A stretch of DNA of 64,000 nucleotides from Bacteriovoracia bacterium (GCA_050251055.1 JBFWNL010000001.1:427825-491824); one strand, 5' to 3'. Shown: positions 19,717 to 30,866, counted from the stretch's first letter. Notes: generated from the letters alone by a model not told the origin. Numbers and translations are program-made.

Positions 19717-21705
19717 ATGGCATTCCTGGGTCAAGAAGAGCAGCTGCGCGAGTTACAGGACCGCTTCCGCCTCTTGCACATTGTAGTATTTATCGGATTC
19801 GGCCTGCTCGTCTCGCGCCTGGTGTACCTGCAGATCTTCAACGGCGATAAGATGCGCCAATACTCGGAAGAAAACCGCATCAAGCGCGTGACCATCCCCG
19901 CTCCGCGCGGGATGATTTTTGATCGCCACCGCACGTTATTGGTCGACAACCAACCCTCCTTCGACCTCGAAGTGACCCCGCAGTACCTGCGCGAATCCAA
20001 GCGCGGTCCCGAGGTGCTGGATCAGATCGCGAAGCTGCTCGACATGCCACGGGAGGCGATTGATAAAAGGCTCGAGAAGGCACGCGGCCAACCGGCGTTC
20101 ATGCCGGTGAAAATCAAAACGGACCTCACGCGCGACGAGGTGGCGAAGATCGAAACCTGGAAGCTCAACATGCCCGGCGTGGCCGTGGAAATGGAGATCC
20201 AACGTACGAACGTCTTCGGAGAAATCGCCGCCCACTTCCTGGGCCACATTGGGAAAGTCACCCAGGATGAGCTTCCCAAGCTCTCCACGCGCGGCTATAG
20301 GCTAAACGACAGCATCGGCATGGTCGGGATGGAACGCCAAATGGAAGAGACCCTACGGGGCACCGATGGCCACGAGCTCGTCGAGGTGGACGCGCTCGGC
20401 CGGCGCATCATGGCCGGCAGCGCCTCGGCGGCGAAGGGGAAAGGGCGCGTGCTCACGTCCCAGCAGACGACGGGCAAATCCGCCGTCCCCGGGCACAATC
20501 TCATCCTCACGATCGACCAGGATCTGCAGCTCGCGGCCAAGCAAGCGTTCGGCGACAAGGCGGGAGGCCTCGTCGCGATCAACCCCAAGAACGGCGAAAT
20601 TCTGGCCATGCTTTCGGTGCCGGCGTTCGATCCCACGGAGTTTTCCCGTGGGATCTCGCCCCAAACCTGGGAGCGCCTGATCAACAACGTCGATCTCCCG
20701 ATGCGCGACAAAACGATCCAGGACCATTACCCGCCCGGCTCGGTCTTCAAAGCCGTGACCGCGCTGGCCGGGCTAGAGGAAGGTGTCATCACCAAAGACA
20801 CCGTTTTCAACTGTGGCGGCAAAATCCGCGTGGGCAATCGCGAATACCACTGTCACAAACGGGGAGGCCACGGCAACGTGACGGTCACGCAGGCGCTCGA
20901 GCAATCCTGCGATATCTTTTTTTATCGCGTTAGCCAAAAGCTCAAGAGCGTGAACGACATCTCGAAATGGGCCTTCAAGCTCGGCCTGGGCAACAAGACC
21001 AACATCAATCTACCGCGCGAGGTTTCGGGACTCATCCCCACCGAAGAATGGAAACAGGCCCGGCTAGGCCAAGCCTGGAACGGCGGCGAAACGCTAAACG
21101 TCGCCATCGGACAGAGCTTCGTCCTCGCAACCGTGCTTCAGCTCGCCAATACATACGCGACAATGGCGAACGAGGGCATCCTATACCGCCCCCACTACGT
21201 CAAACGCATCGAAACCTCGGACGGCCATCTCATCAAAGAGTTCGGGCCGGACGAGATCGAAAACATCCACATCAAGCCCGAGAATCTCGAGCTCGTGCGC
21301 AAGGGGCTGTGGATGGTGGTGAACAGCCCCCACGGTACCGCCTATAGCCAACGCCTGCCGCTGATGGATTTCGCTGGTAAGACCGGTACGTCCCAGGTCG
21401 TGCGCCAAACCGCCGACAAGATTTACAACAAATGCGAAGGCCTACCCTACCGCTTCCGACATCACGGGCTGTTTGCCGGCTTCGCGCCCGCCGACGATCC
21501 GGTCATCGCGGTCGCGGTCATCGCCGAACACGCCTGCCATGGGTCGTCGGGAGCCGCGCCCATCGCCAAAGCCGTAATCAACACTTACCTGAAAAAGGAG
21601 TTCCCGGATAAATACACCGACGAGGCCATTGCCAACGCCCGCAAGCAGAAGGCGGTGCTGCCTCCACGGGCCGACCAAACCGAAGACCAGGTGGACGGAG
21701 AATGA
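19717..21705 (+). CDS. mrdA: Penicillin-binding protein 2
   Basis: [16 protein letters not shown] (SxxK), SCD (SxN position), KTGT; upstream of rodA. Confidence 0.95.
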   Translation: MAFLGQEEQLRELQDRFRLLHIVVFIGFGLLVSRLVYLQIFNGDKMRQYSEENRIKRVTIPAPRGMIFDRHRTLLVDNQPSFDLEVTPQYLRESKRGPEVLDQIAKLLDMPREAIDKRLEKARGQPAFMPVKIKTDLTRDEVAKIETWKLNMPGVAVEMEIQRTNVFGEIAAHFLGHIGKVTQDELPKLSTRGYRLNDSIGMVGMERQMEETLRGTDGHELVEVDALGRRIMAGSASAAKGKGRVLTSQQTTGKSAVPGHNLILTIDQDLQLAAKQAFGDKAGGLVAINPKNGEILAMLSVPAFDPTEFSRGISPQTWERLINNVDLPMRDKTIQDHYPPGSVFKAVTALAGLEEGVITKDTVFNCGGKIRVGNREYHCHKRGGHGNVTVTQALEQSCDIFFYRVSQKLKSVNDISKWAFKLGLGNKTNINLPREVSGLIPTEEWKQARLGQAWNGGETLNVAIGQSFVLATVLQLANTYATMANEGILYRPHYVKRIETSDGHLIKEFGPDEIENIHIKPENLELVRKGLWMVVNSPHGTAYSQRLPLMDFAGKTGTSQVVRQTADKIYNKCEGLPYRFRHHGLFAGFAPADDPVIAVAVIAEHACHGSSGAAPIAKAVINTYLKKEFPDKYTDEAIANARKQKAVLPPRADQTEDQVDGE

Positions 21706-22856
21706 CCTACAGCTCTACCGAATCCGACATCAGCCATCTTGACGGAACGCCTCGGGTCGGCACTTACGAAGAGGAATTCAAGAAGTTCAACTGGACGCTC
21801 CTCGTGCTGGAGCTGCTGCTCTTTGGGATTGGGCTCTGGAACCTGATTAGCGCCACCAGCCAGGGCGTGCACTATGTCGCGCTCTACCGCACCCAGCTCA
21901 TGTGGTTTGGAGTCGGAATCGGCCTTACCGGCATCGTCCTGCTCGTCCACTATTCGACCATCGCGCGGCTGGGCTACGCAATCTACTTCGCCAATCTACT
22001 CCTGCTCGTAGGGGTGCTCTTTTTTGGGCGCTCTTCCCTCGGGGCTAAACGCTGGCTGGGCTTCGGCGGTTTCAACATTCAGCCGTCGGAGATCATGAAA
22101 GTCTCGCTGGTGATCTGCCTTGCCAAGTACTTCGAGTCGGACCGCGTGATCGGGGGCTACCGACTCAAGGATATGGCCCTGCCCTCGCTACTAACCGCGA
22201 TTCCCGCCTTTCTCATCATGCTCCAGCCCGATCTGGGCACGGCCATGATCCTGCTACTGACCTTTGGCAGCATGATGCTCTTCATCCGCATCAGCCCTCG
22301 CACGATCCTCGTGCTGGCCGTCTGCGGAATGATCGCGATTCCCGCGGCGTACCAATTCGGACTGAAACCCTACCAGCGCCAACGTATTCATACTTTCATC
22401 GACCCCATGTCCGACCCCAAGGGAGCGGGCTACAACTCCATTCAGTCCATGATCGCGGTAGGGAGCGGCAGTCTCTTCGGCAAAGGATATAAGAAAGGCA
22501 CCCAAAGCCAGCTGCAGTTCCTGCCCGAGCACCATACCGACTTCATTTTTTCCGTCTTCAGCGAGGAGCACGGCTTCGTCGGCTCTTTGATCCTGGTCCT
22601 GCTCTACATCATTTTCCTTCTGAACGGGCTGGCGGTCGCGTACCAGTCCAATGACAAGTTCGGGCTACTGCTCGCCTTCGGGATCAACTGTATCTTCTTT
22701 TGGCATGTTTTCATCAACATGGGCATGGTCATGGGGATCCTGCCCATCGTCGGGGTGCCGCTGCCGTTCCTGAGCTACGGGGGATCCTCCCTGATTACCG
22801 CCATGATCGGGGTCGCGATCCTGCTTAACGTCGCCAACAAGAAATTCATGTTCTGA
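21702..22856 (+). CDS. rodA: Rod shape-determining protein RodA (SEDS family)
   Basis: [39 protein letters not shown]. Confidence 0.96.
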   Translation: MTYSSTESDISHLDGTPRVGTYEEEFKKFNWTLLVLELLLFGIGLWNLISATSQGVHYVALYRTQLMWFGVGIGLTGIVLLVHYSTIARLGYAIYFANLLLLVGVLFFGRSSLGAKRWLGFGGFNIQPSEIMKVSLVICLAKYFESDRVIGGYRLKDMALPSLLTAIPAFLIMLQPDLGTAMILLLTFGSMMLFIRISPRTILVLAVCGMIAIPAAYQFGLKPYQRQRIHTFIDPMSDPKGAGYNSIQSMIAVGSGSLFGKGYKKGTQSQLQFLPEHHTDFIFSVFSEEHGFVGSLILVLLYIIFLLNGLAVAYQSNDKFGLLLAFGINCIFFWHVFINMGMVMGILPIVGVPLPFLSYGGSSLITAMIGVAILLNVANKKFMF

Positions 22857-23827
22857 TGTCCAACCCGCTGAACGACGCGCAATTCATCGAGATCAGCCCC
22901 CCGATCTTCCGCAAGATCGCCGGTCAGCTGCCGTTCGACATCTATCTTAGGCGCGCCGAAGGCACCTATACCAAGATTTTTCCGAAGGGCGAGCGCGTGG
23001 ACGTGGACCGTTTGCTGAACTACGAAGGCAAGATCGATGCGTTCTACGTGACCCAACCCGACTACCGTCAATACCTGCTCTACGTCGAGCGCATGGCTAC
23101 CGAGTTTTGCACCAAGCCCAAAAGCTCCTCTCCCGATGAAATCCTGGCTATCGTGAAAGAGCTGACGACGCACACGATGCTCGAGATTTCCATCAAGATG
23201 CAGGTCGATTCGCTCTCGTTGGCGCACGCCTCCCAGGTGGTGCGCGGCTGTATCGAGGCGCTCTACCGCGATCCGCAAACGCTCGTGAAAGTGTTCGTGC
23301 AGATGAGCAAGCATCCTTACGTGATCCGCCACTCCATCACGAGCGCGATCTTCGCCCTGCTATTGGCCAAGGCGGGCAAGCTTGAGAGCGAGAAGACGCT
23401 GGCGAACGTGGGCATGGGGGCCCTGCTGCATGATCTTGGGATGTCGCGCCTCTCGTTCGACGCCGAGGACAAAGACGATCTCTCCGCGCAGGATTGGAAA
23501 GACCTAAAGGAGCATCCCCAGATCGGCTCGCGGCTGCTCGACGCCGTCAAGGGCGTGTCCACCGAAGTGCGTACGATCGTGATGCAGCACCACGAGCAGC
23601 CCAATGGCTTGGGTTACCCCAACGGTATCCGCGACAAGGAGATCTTCCTGCTCGCCAAGATCGTCGCCATCGCCGATAGCTTCAGCGCGCTCACGAGTAA
23701 GCGGCCGTTCCGCACCGAGCCCTGTACGCCGACCAAGGCACTCGAAATCATGTCCGAGGATCGGGGTAAATTCGATCCCCAGCTTCTGAAGGCATTCACC
23801 AAGATATTCGTGAAAATCAAGACCTGA
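22856..23827 (+). CDS. HD-GYP cyclic dinucleotide phosphodiesterase
   Basis: RHS, LLHDLG, HP, HHEQPNGLGYP, IADSFSALT..RPFR; TGATG overlap with rodA. Confidence 0.9.
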   Translation: MSNPLNDAQFIEISPPIFRKIAGQLPFDIYLRRAEGTYTKIFPKGERVDVDRLLNYEGKIDAFYVTQPDYRQYLLYVERMATEFCTKPKSSSPDEILAIVKELTTHTMLEISIKMQVDSLSLAHASQVVRGCIEALYRDPQTLVKVFVQMSKHPYVIRHSITSAIFALLLAKAGKLESEKTLANVGMGALLHDLGMSRLSFDAEDKDDLSAQDWKDLKEHPQIGSRLLDAVKGVSTEVRTIVMQHHEQPNGLGYPNGIRDKEIFLLAKIVAIADSFSALTSKRPFRTEPCTPTKALEIMSEDRGKFDPQLLKAFTKIFVKIKT

Positions 23828-25043
23828 CAGCCGGAATGATCGGCTCGCTCGATCCGCCATTCAAAACGGGCAACGGCTGCCAGTCGCGGTGTTTCTCCGT
23901 CCCGCGCGCGGTGCCAAAGATACTGCGCAGCTGCCCGCAAGCGGCCAAGATATCGCGACCGCGCGAGATGCGCACGGTCGCCGTCACCCCGCGGCTGACC
24001 AAATAATGCTGGAACGCTTTCACGGTCGGATCGTCGGGCCGCTTGTATTTGGAGCCGGAGTGTTCGTTGAATGGGATGAGGTTGATCTTGGAGGGAATCC
24101 CCTGCAGCAGCTGATGCAAACGGGCGGCGTCCGCAAGCGTGTCGTTGAAGTCACGCAGCAATACGTATTCGAACGTGATGCGCCGATGGCTTCCGAGCGG
24201 GAAGCGCCGGCAGGCGCCCAAGAGCTCGCGGATGGGCCACTTCTTATTGACCGGCATGATCTCACTGCGCTGCTCGTCCGTAGTCGCATTGAGCGAAACG
24301 GCAAGCGAAACATCCACGCGACGCCCCAGTTCGTCGATCGCCGGCACAAGTCCGCTCGTACTGACGGTGACTTTACGCTTGGAGAAGTTCATGCCGTCCT
24401 GATCGAGCAATATCTGACAGGCCTTGGCGACGTTATCGATATTATGCAGCGGCTCGCCCATGCCCATAAAAACGATGTTAGTGATCGGGGCGAGGCGGCG
24501 AAGCTCGAGCACCTGGGTCACGATCTCGTGAACCTGTAAGTGCCGATCGAGGCCTTGGATCCCCGTCAGACAAAACTTACACGCCATCGCGCACCCTACC
24601 TGGCTCGAGATGCAAGCGGTCAGACGCTTCCAATGCTCTGATTGAAGATCTTCGTCCGTGGGCGTGCCGGCAAACGCGGTGATACCTTTCTCCTGAAGGG
24701 CGGCCGGAATGATCACGCTCTCAATCGTCTTGCCGTCATGTAGATTCCAAAGAAATTTACGTGTGCCGTCCTCGCTCTGCTGGGCCTGGCGCTCCGTCAG
24801 TCGATAGATCGTCACGTTCGCCTTGAGCCACTCGCGCAGGTCCTTCGCCAGGTCCGACATCTGGTCCCAGTCTAGGACGTAGCGCTGATACACCCAGTGG
24901 AAGATCTGCTGCGCGCGCATCTGCGCCTGCTTGCGCGCTTTCCGAGCGAGTTCTTCTGGCGTGAGGTCGCGCGCTTTTACCCGGCTGAGCGGGATCAGTA
25001 GCTCGGCAAACTCAGCTTGGGTGTAAGACTGGAAGACAACCAT
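23817..25043 (-). CDS. rlmN: Dual-specificity RNA methyltransferase RlmN (radical SAM)
   Basis: CISSQVGCAMACKFC, MGMGEPL, EYVLL, NLIPFN, AACGQL. Confidence 0.95.
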   Translation of the reverse strand: MVVFQSYTQAEFAELLIPLSRVKARDLTPEELARKARKQAQMRAQQIFHWVYQRYVLDWDQMSDLAKDLREWLKANVTIYRLTERQAQQSEDGTRKFLWNLHDGKTIESVIIPAALQEKGITAFAGTPTDEDLQSEHWKRLTACISSQVGCAMACKFCLTGIQGLDRHLQVHEIVTQVLELRRLAPITNIVFMGMGEPLHNIDNVAKACQILLDQDGMNFSKRKVTVSTSGLVPAIDELGRRVDVSLAVSLNATTDEQRSEIMPVNKKWPIRELLGACRRFPLGSHRRITFEYVLLRDFNDTLADAARLHQLLQGIPSKINLIPFNEHSGSKYKRPDDPTVKAFQHYLVSRGVTATVRISRGRDILAACGQLRSIFGTARGTEKHRDWQPLPVLNGGSSEPIIPAVRS

Positions 25044-25145
25044 TGTGGTCGGTTTTTAACACCCTTTGTCGTCATGTTCAAACCCTTGTTTTAGCGAATC
25101 TTTTCCTTAACTTATAAATCCAAAGCCTTTAAGATGGGCCCTAGA

Positions 25146-26549
25146 ATGAAGATTACGCCATCATATATAGGGGTGGGAACGTGCGTGGCGTTCCTGAGCG
25201 CCTGCGCCCATACCCCCAACTCGTCTCCGCCTGCCGACCCGCTCTATTTCAATCACCCGCTTGCTATCTTGCAGGGTCCGACCGACGAGTCCACTACCCA
25301 GCTTTCCATCGTACTGCCCAAAAGCGCCGCCGTTACTTACGAGCTGCTTTACTACGCCGCACCGGGTACGAGTCCAGCGACCTTGGAAGGACGTGAAGAT
25401 CTGCAGTCCCCAATCTCGCCGGCGTCCCTCGTGACGCTCGTGCCGGCCGAGGTGAAGCGCCGTGAACGTGACTTCTCGGATTGGGGCGTCGACACGGTAC
25501 GTTTCCAGGGGCTGCGTCCGGGGATTGACTATCGCCTCAACGTGCGCCAAGACGGGCGAGTGCTCGATTGGCGCCGTCTGCGCACGCTCGACCTTTCGCC
25601 ACGGCCGATCCGCTTCGCGCTCATTTCCTGTCTCGACGACGTGTGGCCCGAGCAAGACGAGATGTGGCGGGGCGCGCTTGCCCAAGGAGCGGAAGCGATG
25701 TTTTTCTTGGGCGACAACGTGTACGCGGATCGGGAGATCGGTTTTTACAAGGGACCGGCCGACGAGCGCACGACCTGGCGACGTTACGCCGAAACTCGCG
25801 CCAAACTGCGTATCTTTCACGCCGAAAAACTCGTGCCGGTCTACGCCACTTGGGACGATCACGACTACGGCGCGGACGACGGCGACGCCACCTTTCCCTA
25901 TAAACTGACGTCCCTCCAAACTTTTCGGGATTTTTTCCCGCAAGCCCCTTTGCCTGAAGCTTATGTTTCAGGCCCGGGCGTCTCCTCGCGGCTGCACGCG
26001 TTCGGACACGTTTTTGTGCTCATGGACAGCCGCTACTTCCGCTCACCGAAAGGGCAGGTCGAAGGGGAAACCCACTGGGGGCCCGAGCAGGAAAAGTGGC
26101 TGCTCGACGGTCTGAAGGGCGTGACCGATCCCGTCTGGCTGATCGACGGCGACCAGTACTTCGGCGCCTACCATCCGTACGACTCCTACGAGCGAAACCA
26201 CCCCCATAGCCTGCGCCACATGCTCGCGGAGCTGCGAAAGGTCCGCGCGCCAATCGTGCTGGTTTCGGGCGACCGCCACCACACCGAGATCATGTCCATT
26301 CCCGCCAAGCATTTGGGCTATCCGACGTACGAGCTCAACACGAGCGCGATGCACGCCAAAACCTTTGCCGACGTCTGGAAGAAACACCCCAACCCGCTGC
26401 AGCTCGTGGGTCGCGACAACACGATGAACTACCTGATCGTCGAGACGGAACCCCGCCGCCCCCCCCAGTCCGCGGTGAAGTTCACGGTCACGGCCTACGG
26501 CCCCGGCCAAAGCGTGCTGTACCGCCGTGAACTGGCGGTTAAACGATGA
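25146..26549 (+). CDS. PhoD-like alkaline phosphatase D family lipoprotein
   Basis: Lipobox LSAC; GDNVYAD, WDDHDYG, DSRYFRS, SGDRH. Confidence 0.88.
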   Translation: MKITPSYIGVGTCVAFLSACAHTPNSSPPADPLYFNHPLAILQGPTDESTTQLSIVLPKSAAVTYELLYYAAPGTSPATLEGREDLQSPISPASLVTLVPAEVKRRERDFSDWGVDTVRFQGLRPGIDYRLNVRQDGRVLDWRRLRTLDLSPRPIRFALISCLDDVWPEQDEMWRGALAQGAEAMFFLGDNVYADREIGFYKGPADERTTWRRYAETRAKLRIFHAEKLVPVYATWDDHDYGADDGDATFPYKLTSLQTFRDFFPQAPLPEAYVSGPGVSSRLHAFGHVFVLMDSRYFRSPKGQVEGETHWGPEQEKWLLDGLKGVTDPVWLIDGDQYFGAYHPYDSYERNHPHSLRHMLAELRKVRAPIVLVSGDRHHTEIMSIPAKHLGYPTYELNTSAMHAKTFADVWKKHPNPLQLVGRDNTMNYLIVETEPRRPPQSAVKFTVTAYGPGQSVLYRRELAVKR

Positions 26550-27883
26550 CCCGTTCCCTTGCGCTACTAGTGGGCCTGATCGCCCTCGGCGGAAATGCCA
26601 AGGAGATCCAAGCCAGCGATCCCCACCGAATCGCGGGCACCTCCGTTAACCTTCGGGCGTCGCCTAGCACTACCGCCAAAATTGCGGGCGTACTTCCCTA
26701 TGCCACCCCCGTCAACGTCCGTGCCCGCACCAACGGCTGGGCGGAGATAGAAATCATCGGAAGCGGGGGCAGCGGCACGGCTGGGCTGCGAGGATTCGTA
26801 CAGGAAAAGTTCGTGCGAGTTATTTCTCCCACTACGCCAACCGAGGGAGCCAATTCCGACGAGACAACGGGAGACCTTGCTTCGGAAGAACGAAAGATTT
26901 ATCTGGGCGACTACGCGCGCTTCAAGCATTGCGTGGAGTGGTTTCAGCTGATCGGAGATCCCATCCCGCCCACGCAGGCAAAATCCCTTCGCCCCTGCCT
27001 GGCGGAATTTAAAAAAAAGCGGCGTGATCATCTGGAGCGAGCGATCTTCCATCAATCCAATCTTCCCGCCGAAACCTATCTCGAGCTCTGGCGACTGATG
27101 GCGGACGACGGTTCGCCCTATCACGCCGCCGACCGCCGGATCTTGCGCTCCTTGCCGGCCTACCAGTTCGCCGCCTTCCAGGCCGCGCTGCGAGCCCGGC
27201 CGCCCGCTTTGGACTTCACCGACGAACCCAGACTAGAGTCACCGACCGCGGAACGTTCGTTCTTCAAAGAAACGCTCGATCCCTGGCTCGCCGTTCCGGC
27301 AACCATTGAAGAAGATACCCTCCAAGTCCCGCTCTCGCCCCAGTGGCACGCACCGTACTACCTCACCCTCTTGCGCATGCATGCGGTCGAGATGGAGTTT
27401 ACCGGGGGCACGAGCCACACTTGGCGCTCTAAAACTCCGCTTTTGGCCGTGGCCTTGGACCCCATTCGGGGCGAACTGAAGTCACATTCCGTGCAGCTGG
27501 TGTACCGCTCGGCCGAGGGAAAAATCTCGTTTGACGGGTTCGAGCCGAGGTTGACCGCGAAGAAGGCCCTGCTCTTCTTTTTAGGCGGGCTCGGCGGCGC
27601 CGGGGGGACCGAGCCCGCCGCACTCAAGGCGCTCGCGCAGGCGGGAACGGCGAAAGTCTCCCGGCCCGCCGTGGGAATCAAGGGTCGCCTGAAAGGCGCC
27701 GCCCCGGAGGCCTTGGCCTACGACTTGGACGGAGACGGCCGTGTCGATCTGCTAGATATCGAAATTCCACTCGATGAGCATGCCGGGTGTTTTGGAAAAG
27801 AGTCGGTCGTCTACGTAAATTCCGCCGGACAATGGGCGGGAAAAAAACGCTACTACTTAAGGCGATGCCTGACTTCGCCGTGA
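26546..27883 (+). CDS. Exported protein with N-terminal SH3b domain and C-terminal Ca-binding DxDGDG motif
   Basis: VNLRASPST...VL...GWAEI...GFV; YDLDGDGRVDLL; ATGA overlap with the phoD-like gene. Confidence 0.75.
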   Translation: MTRSLALLVGLIALGGNAKEIQASDPHRIAGTSVNLRASPSTTAKIAGVLPYATPVNVRARTNGWAEIEIIGSGGSGTAGLRGFVQEKFVRVISPTTPTEGANSDETTGDLASEERKIYLGDYARFKHCVEWFQLIGDPIPPTQAKSLRPCLAEFKKKRRDHLERAIFHQSNLPAETYLELWRLMADDGSPYHAADRRILRSLPAYQFAAFQAALRARPPALDFTDEPRLESPTAERSFFKETLDPWLAVPATIEEDTLQVPLSPQWHAPYYLTLLRMHAVEMEFTGGTSHTWRSKTPLLAVALDPIRGELKSHSVQLVYRSAEGKISFDGFEPRLTAKKALLFFLGGLGGAGGTEPAALKALAQAGTAKVSRPAVGIKGRLKGAAPEALAYDLDGDGRVDLLDIEIPLDEHAGCFGKESVVYVNSAGQWAGKKRYYLRRCLTSP

Positions 27884-27891
27884 ACCTAGGC

Positions 27892-28731
27892 TTAGACGCC
27901 CAAGAACGCCTTGGTCGCCACTAACGTCGCCAGGCTCCAACGAAACGGCACGAGTTTCACTTCTTCCGCGCGGACCGATGCCGCGATCTCTCGCCAAGGA
28001 TCCGGAGTCTCACTCCACTTACGCCATTGCTCGGCACCGACGAAAATCCCCTGGACGGGCAGCACGTACTTCTCCGAAAGGTACTTCACCACGTCGGCGG
28101 GAATGCGCGATTTTTCGGCGCCCAACGCCTCCAGGTTCGGCCGGTGGAAAGTCTCGAGCCGTCCACGGCGCACAATCAGGATAAAATCTGAGTCCTCACC
28201 CTGGTGCGTGATGCGTAAGTAAAGAGCGTAGGAAGACGGTAGGATCTTTCCCCACCAGCCCTGCACGGCCTGCAACAGGAAATGCCGAGCACCCAAGGTA
28301 TCGAACACCTCGCGCCCGGTGGAGCGGGCCCGTTTGCGCTCGCGCTCCTGGTCCCGCCGTTGATCTCGATCCGGAGTCAGATGCGCGATGGAATACGCGG
28401 GAAACGCCCGCGACTTCAGAAACTCGAGCTGATCGTAATAGTGCGCAAGCGACAGCGGCGCCTGGGGGCGGCTCGCATCCCTCAGCCACTGCGTCACTTC
28501 GTCGGCCCCGAACACATGTAACTTCCGATTCGAGAAATTCGCGCGGAACTCCTCCAGCAGGCGGCCCGTCCACTCGGTGAGATCATCCGATTGGCTAAAC
28601 GCCTTACGCACGCGGCTGCCATCCGCAATGCATAAGATCGGATCGGCCGTGCCGCGCGACTGGGTATTCCCCGCGCGGCGATGCGGATAGAAAACGTCTT
28701 GGAAACTCTTCCAGTCGTAATTTAGGTCCAT
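27892..28731 (-). CDS. Hypothetical protein
   Basis: 279-aa ORF overlapping the end of the upstream gene by 10 nt; no motif recognised. Confidence 0.7.
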   Translation of the reverse strand: MDLNYDWKSFQDVFYPHRRAGNTQSRGTADPILCIADGSRVRKAFSQSDDLTEWTGRLLEEFRANFSNRKLHVFGADEVTQWLRDASRPQAPLSLAHYYDQLEFLKSRAFPAYSIAHLTPDRDQRRDQERERKRARSTGREVFDTLGARHFLLQAVQGWWGKILPSSYALYLRITHQGEDSDFILIVRRGRLETFHRPNLEALGAEKSRIPADVVKYLSEKYVLPVQGIFVGAEQWRKWSETPDPWREIAASVRAEEVKLVPFRWSLATLVATKAFLGV

Positions 28732-30800
28732 GGCTGCTCCGGCGACGAGCCTACGTCTTCCAATCCCGGCAGTTCAGTCATCGCGGCATCCACCGCCACG
28801 TCCCGTTCGCTCTCCCCCGACTCCCGCGCGATCGCGGCCGCCTCGCGCCGCTCCTCCTCGCGAGAGACCAAGCCCTCCACGGCCAGCGGGAGCAGTCCGC
28901 AAGGAGGAACTTCCAGGGAAAAACGATCCCCCGGCTCACCGGCCGCCGACGCCGAGCGCGGCGGACCTGACTGCGTCAGGGGCGCCGAAAGGATCACGGC
29001 CAGGTCGGAGATGAGAACCGGCGCGGAGAAAATCAGGTCCGCGGCAACGTTGCGTGAACTTCCGTTGAGCACAAAGAGCCCGGTTCCCCGTCCTTCGCCC
29101 GCTTTGCGGGAAAGCGGGATCGTGGCCAGCCGATGATCGCTCAGGCGGCAAACCGGTTCGATTTCCGCGAGCGCAAGCATCGACTTAAAGAAAACCGTCC
29201 AAGCCTGGCTGGCGTCGGCCCCGGCGGCCGCGGTCGGCTCAATTCGGCAAATCACCACGCGCGCTCCCTGGCTGCCCAGCGTATGGAGCTGATAAGAAAT
29301 GCCCAAATCCACTTCGCAGGTTTCGGACTCCGCAAGCAGCTGGAAGAGCTCGCGTTTGGCGGTTTCCGTGTAAAGCGGCGTCTCCGGCAAAATCAAAACC
29401 CGCCCGCTACCGGCCGGACCGAGCCACCGCGAAAGTTTTTCCACCACCGCGCGATTGATAATCGTCGTGGGATCCATGACCAAGAGCGTGGCTTCCGTGT
29501 CCGCGGCCAGCGCATCGAGCGAGGTGATCATGCGTGCTTCGGCCCCCACCTGCTTCTGGATCTCGCCCCAGATCGCGCCGCCGCCCGACCAAAGGTGGGG
29601 CGTATAGTACAACGCTTTCGTGCGGAGCTTTAAACGCCCCTCCGTCAGGGAGCGCGCCAGCAGCTCGGTTCGCCGCCGGAACGACGCGGACATCGCGAAC
29701 CACTCCGATTCGTCGATGAAGATGCCGCCTCCCCGGCCTCCCATCAAGATAAGGGACTTGAGGATGAGGAACTGGCGGGCTGCGTCCGAAAGCGTGTGAA
29801 ATCCGCCAAGCGCCGTCCAATGCACGAACGGGGCACAGAGCTGATCGCCCGAGGCGGAAGCCAAGGCCGCGCATTTATCCACCAGCTCGGATAGACCCTT
29901 GAAATCCGCGGCACCACCACCCAAGGCTTGTAGGAAGTGAGAGTGCAGGAAAGTGGGATCCCCTTCCGGCGTGAAGATTTCTACCGAACTCGCCCGCACC
30001 TCGGTGCCGGTACGCTTCAAAATCTGCGAAGTACGGAAACGGAATACGTCCTCACACTGCTGATAAAACCAGCGGCGGTTCACGTCCTCGAAGCTGCGAT
30101 TCTTCCACCGGTTGGCCGAGACCGGATCGGGATCCTGGAACTCACGCTGGGAAAAGTACTCATCCAGGCTCTTGTGAAGCGGCAGCGTCACCCACTTCGA
30201 GCGGTCACCCACGGCCGGTTCGGCCACGGCTCCGGCAAAGTCACGTTCGGGCGAGCGATAATATTTCCAGAAGCTCCCGCTCAGCAGTAGATCCAGATTT
30301 CGAAACACCCGCGGGTTGAGGCGCTCCAGATCGGAAAGAAAAACTTGAAAGCGCGACAGGAACCCATAGTAACGCTTGGTGAATTCGGGCGCCATGAGCG
30401 AGGGTAACTGATAGGCGTTCGGCGGCAAGTAGAGCGGCACGCTTTCGCCATCGGAGTGGGAAGCCTTGTTTTCAGTGCTGCTATAAATATCCTTCGGAAG
30501 CCCTGAATAAGGATAGTGAATGCCGATTTCCGGCGTCGGGATCAAGGTGACGGCCACGCCCTTGTCGGTCGCGGCCTGCAGGAATCGCAAAAGGGAGTGA
30601 GAGATGTCCGCTTCGAAGGCCTGCCAAGGAACGAAGCTCGCTACCGCGGTCACTCCCCGCTTCAAAAGCCCCTCCACGTGCCCCTTCATCCGCGAAGGAG
30701 GGACCTCCCAGTAATTCACCAAGATCTGAATGGAATTGGCTTTTCTCATTCCCTGAGTTGGCTGATCTAGCCGCTCTGGTTTATTGCTGAACCCGTCCAT
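28722..30800 (-). CDS. Beta-galactosidase (GH35/GH42)-like protein, probably catalytically degenerate; start uncertain (30749, 30800 or 30824)
   Basis: NYWEVPP...GVTAVASFVPWQAFE...RFL...LIPTPEI....YSGLP aligns by eye with the GH35 N-terminal barrel motif; trimerisation-like domain follows. Confidence 0.6.
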   Translation of the reverse strand: MDGFSNKPERLDQPTQGMRKANSIQILVNYWEVPPSRMKGHVEGLLKRGVTAVASFVPWQAFEADISHSLLRFLQAATDKGVAVTLIPTPEIGIHYPYSGLPKDIYSSTENKASHSDGESVPLYLPPNAYQLPSLMAPEFTKRYYGFLSRFQVFLSDLERLNPRVFRNLDLLLSGSFWKYYRSPERDFAGAVAEPAVGDRSKWVTLPLHKSLDEYFSQREFQDPDPVSANRWKNRSFEDVNRRWFYQQCEDVFRFRTSQILKRTGTEVRASSVEIFTPEGDPTFLHSHFLQALGGGAADFKGLSELVDKCAALASASGDQLCAPFVHWTALGGFHTLSDAARQFLILKSLILMGGRGGGIFIDESEWFAMSASFRRRTELLARSLTEGRLKLRTKALYYTPHLWSGGGAIWGEIQKQVGAEARMITSLDALAADTEATLLVMDPTTIINRAVVEKLSRWLGPAGSGRVLILPETPLYTETAKRELFQLLAESETCEVDLGISYQLHTLGSQGARVVICRIEPTAAAGADASQAWTVFFKSMLALAEIEPVCRLSDHRLATIPLSRKAGEGRGTGLFVLNGSSRNVAADLIFSAPVLISDLAVILSAPLTQSGPPRSASAAGEPGDRFSLEVPPCGLLPLAVEGLVSREEERREAAAIARESGESERDVAVDAAMTELPGLEDVGSSPEQPWT

Positions 30801-30839
30801 AGTCCCCGAAGCAAAGTATTGCACAGTTTAAAGAATACA

Positions 30840-30866
30840 CAACTATTTGTGCCCAAATAGTTGATT
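30840..30866. promoter_or_regulatory. Perfect 10-bp inverted repeat overlapping an IHF consensus, between divergent genes
   Basis: CAACTATTTG-TGCC-CAAATAGTTG; minus strand reads AATCAA-CTAT-TTG (WATCAANNNNTTR). Confidence 0.55.

Noticed and set aside
23817-25043. Short insertions in RlmN (possible Cfr-like variant)
   Set aside because: Catalytic motifs are canonical RlmN; the inserts look like surface loops
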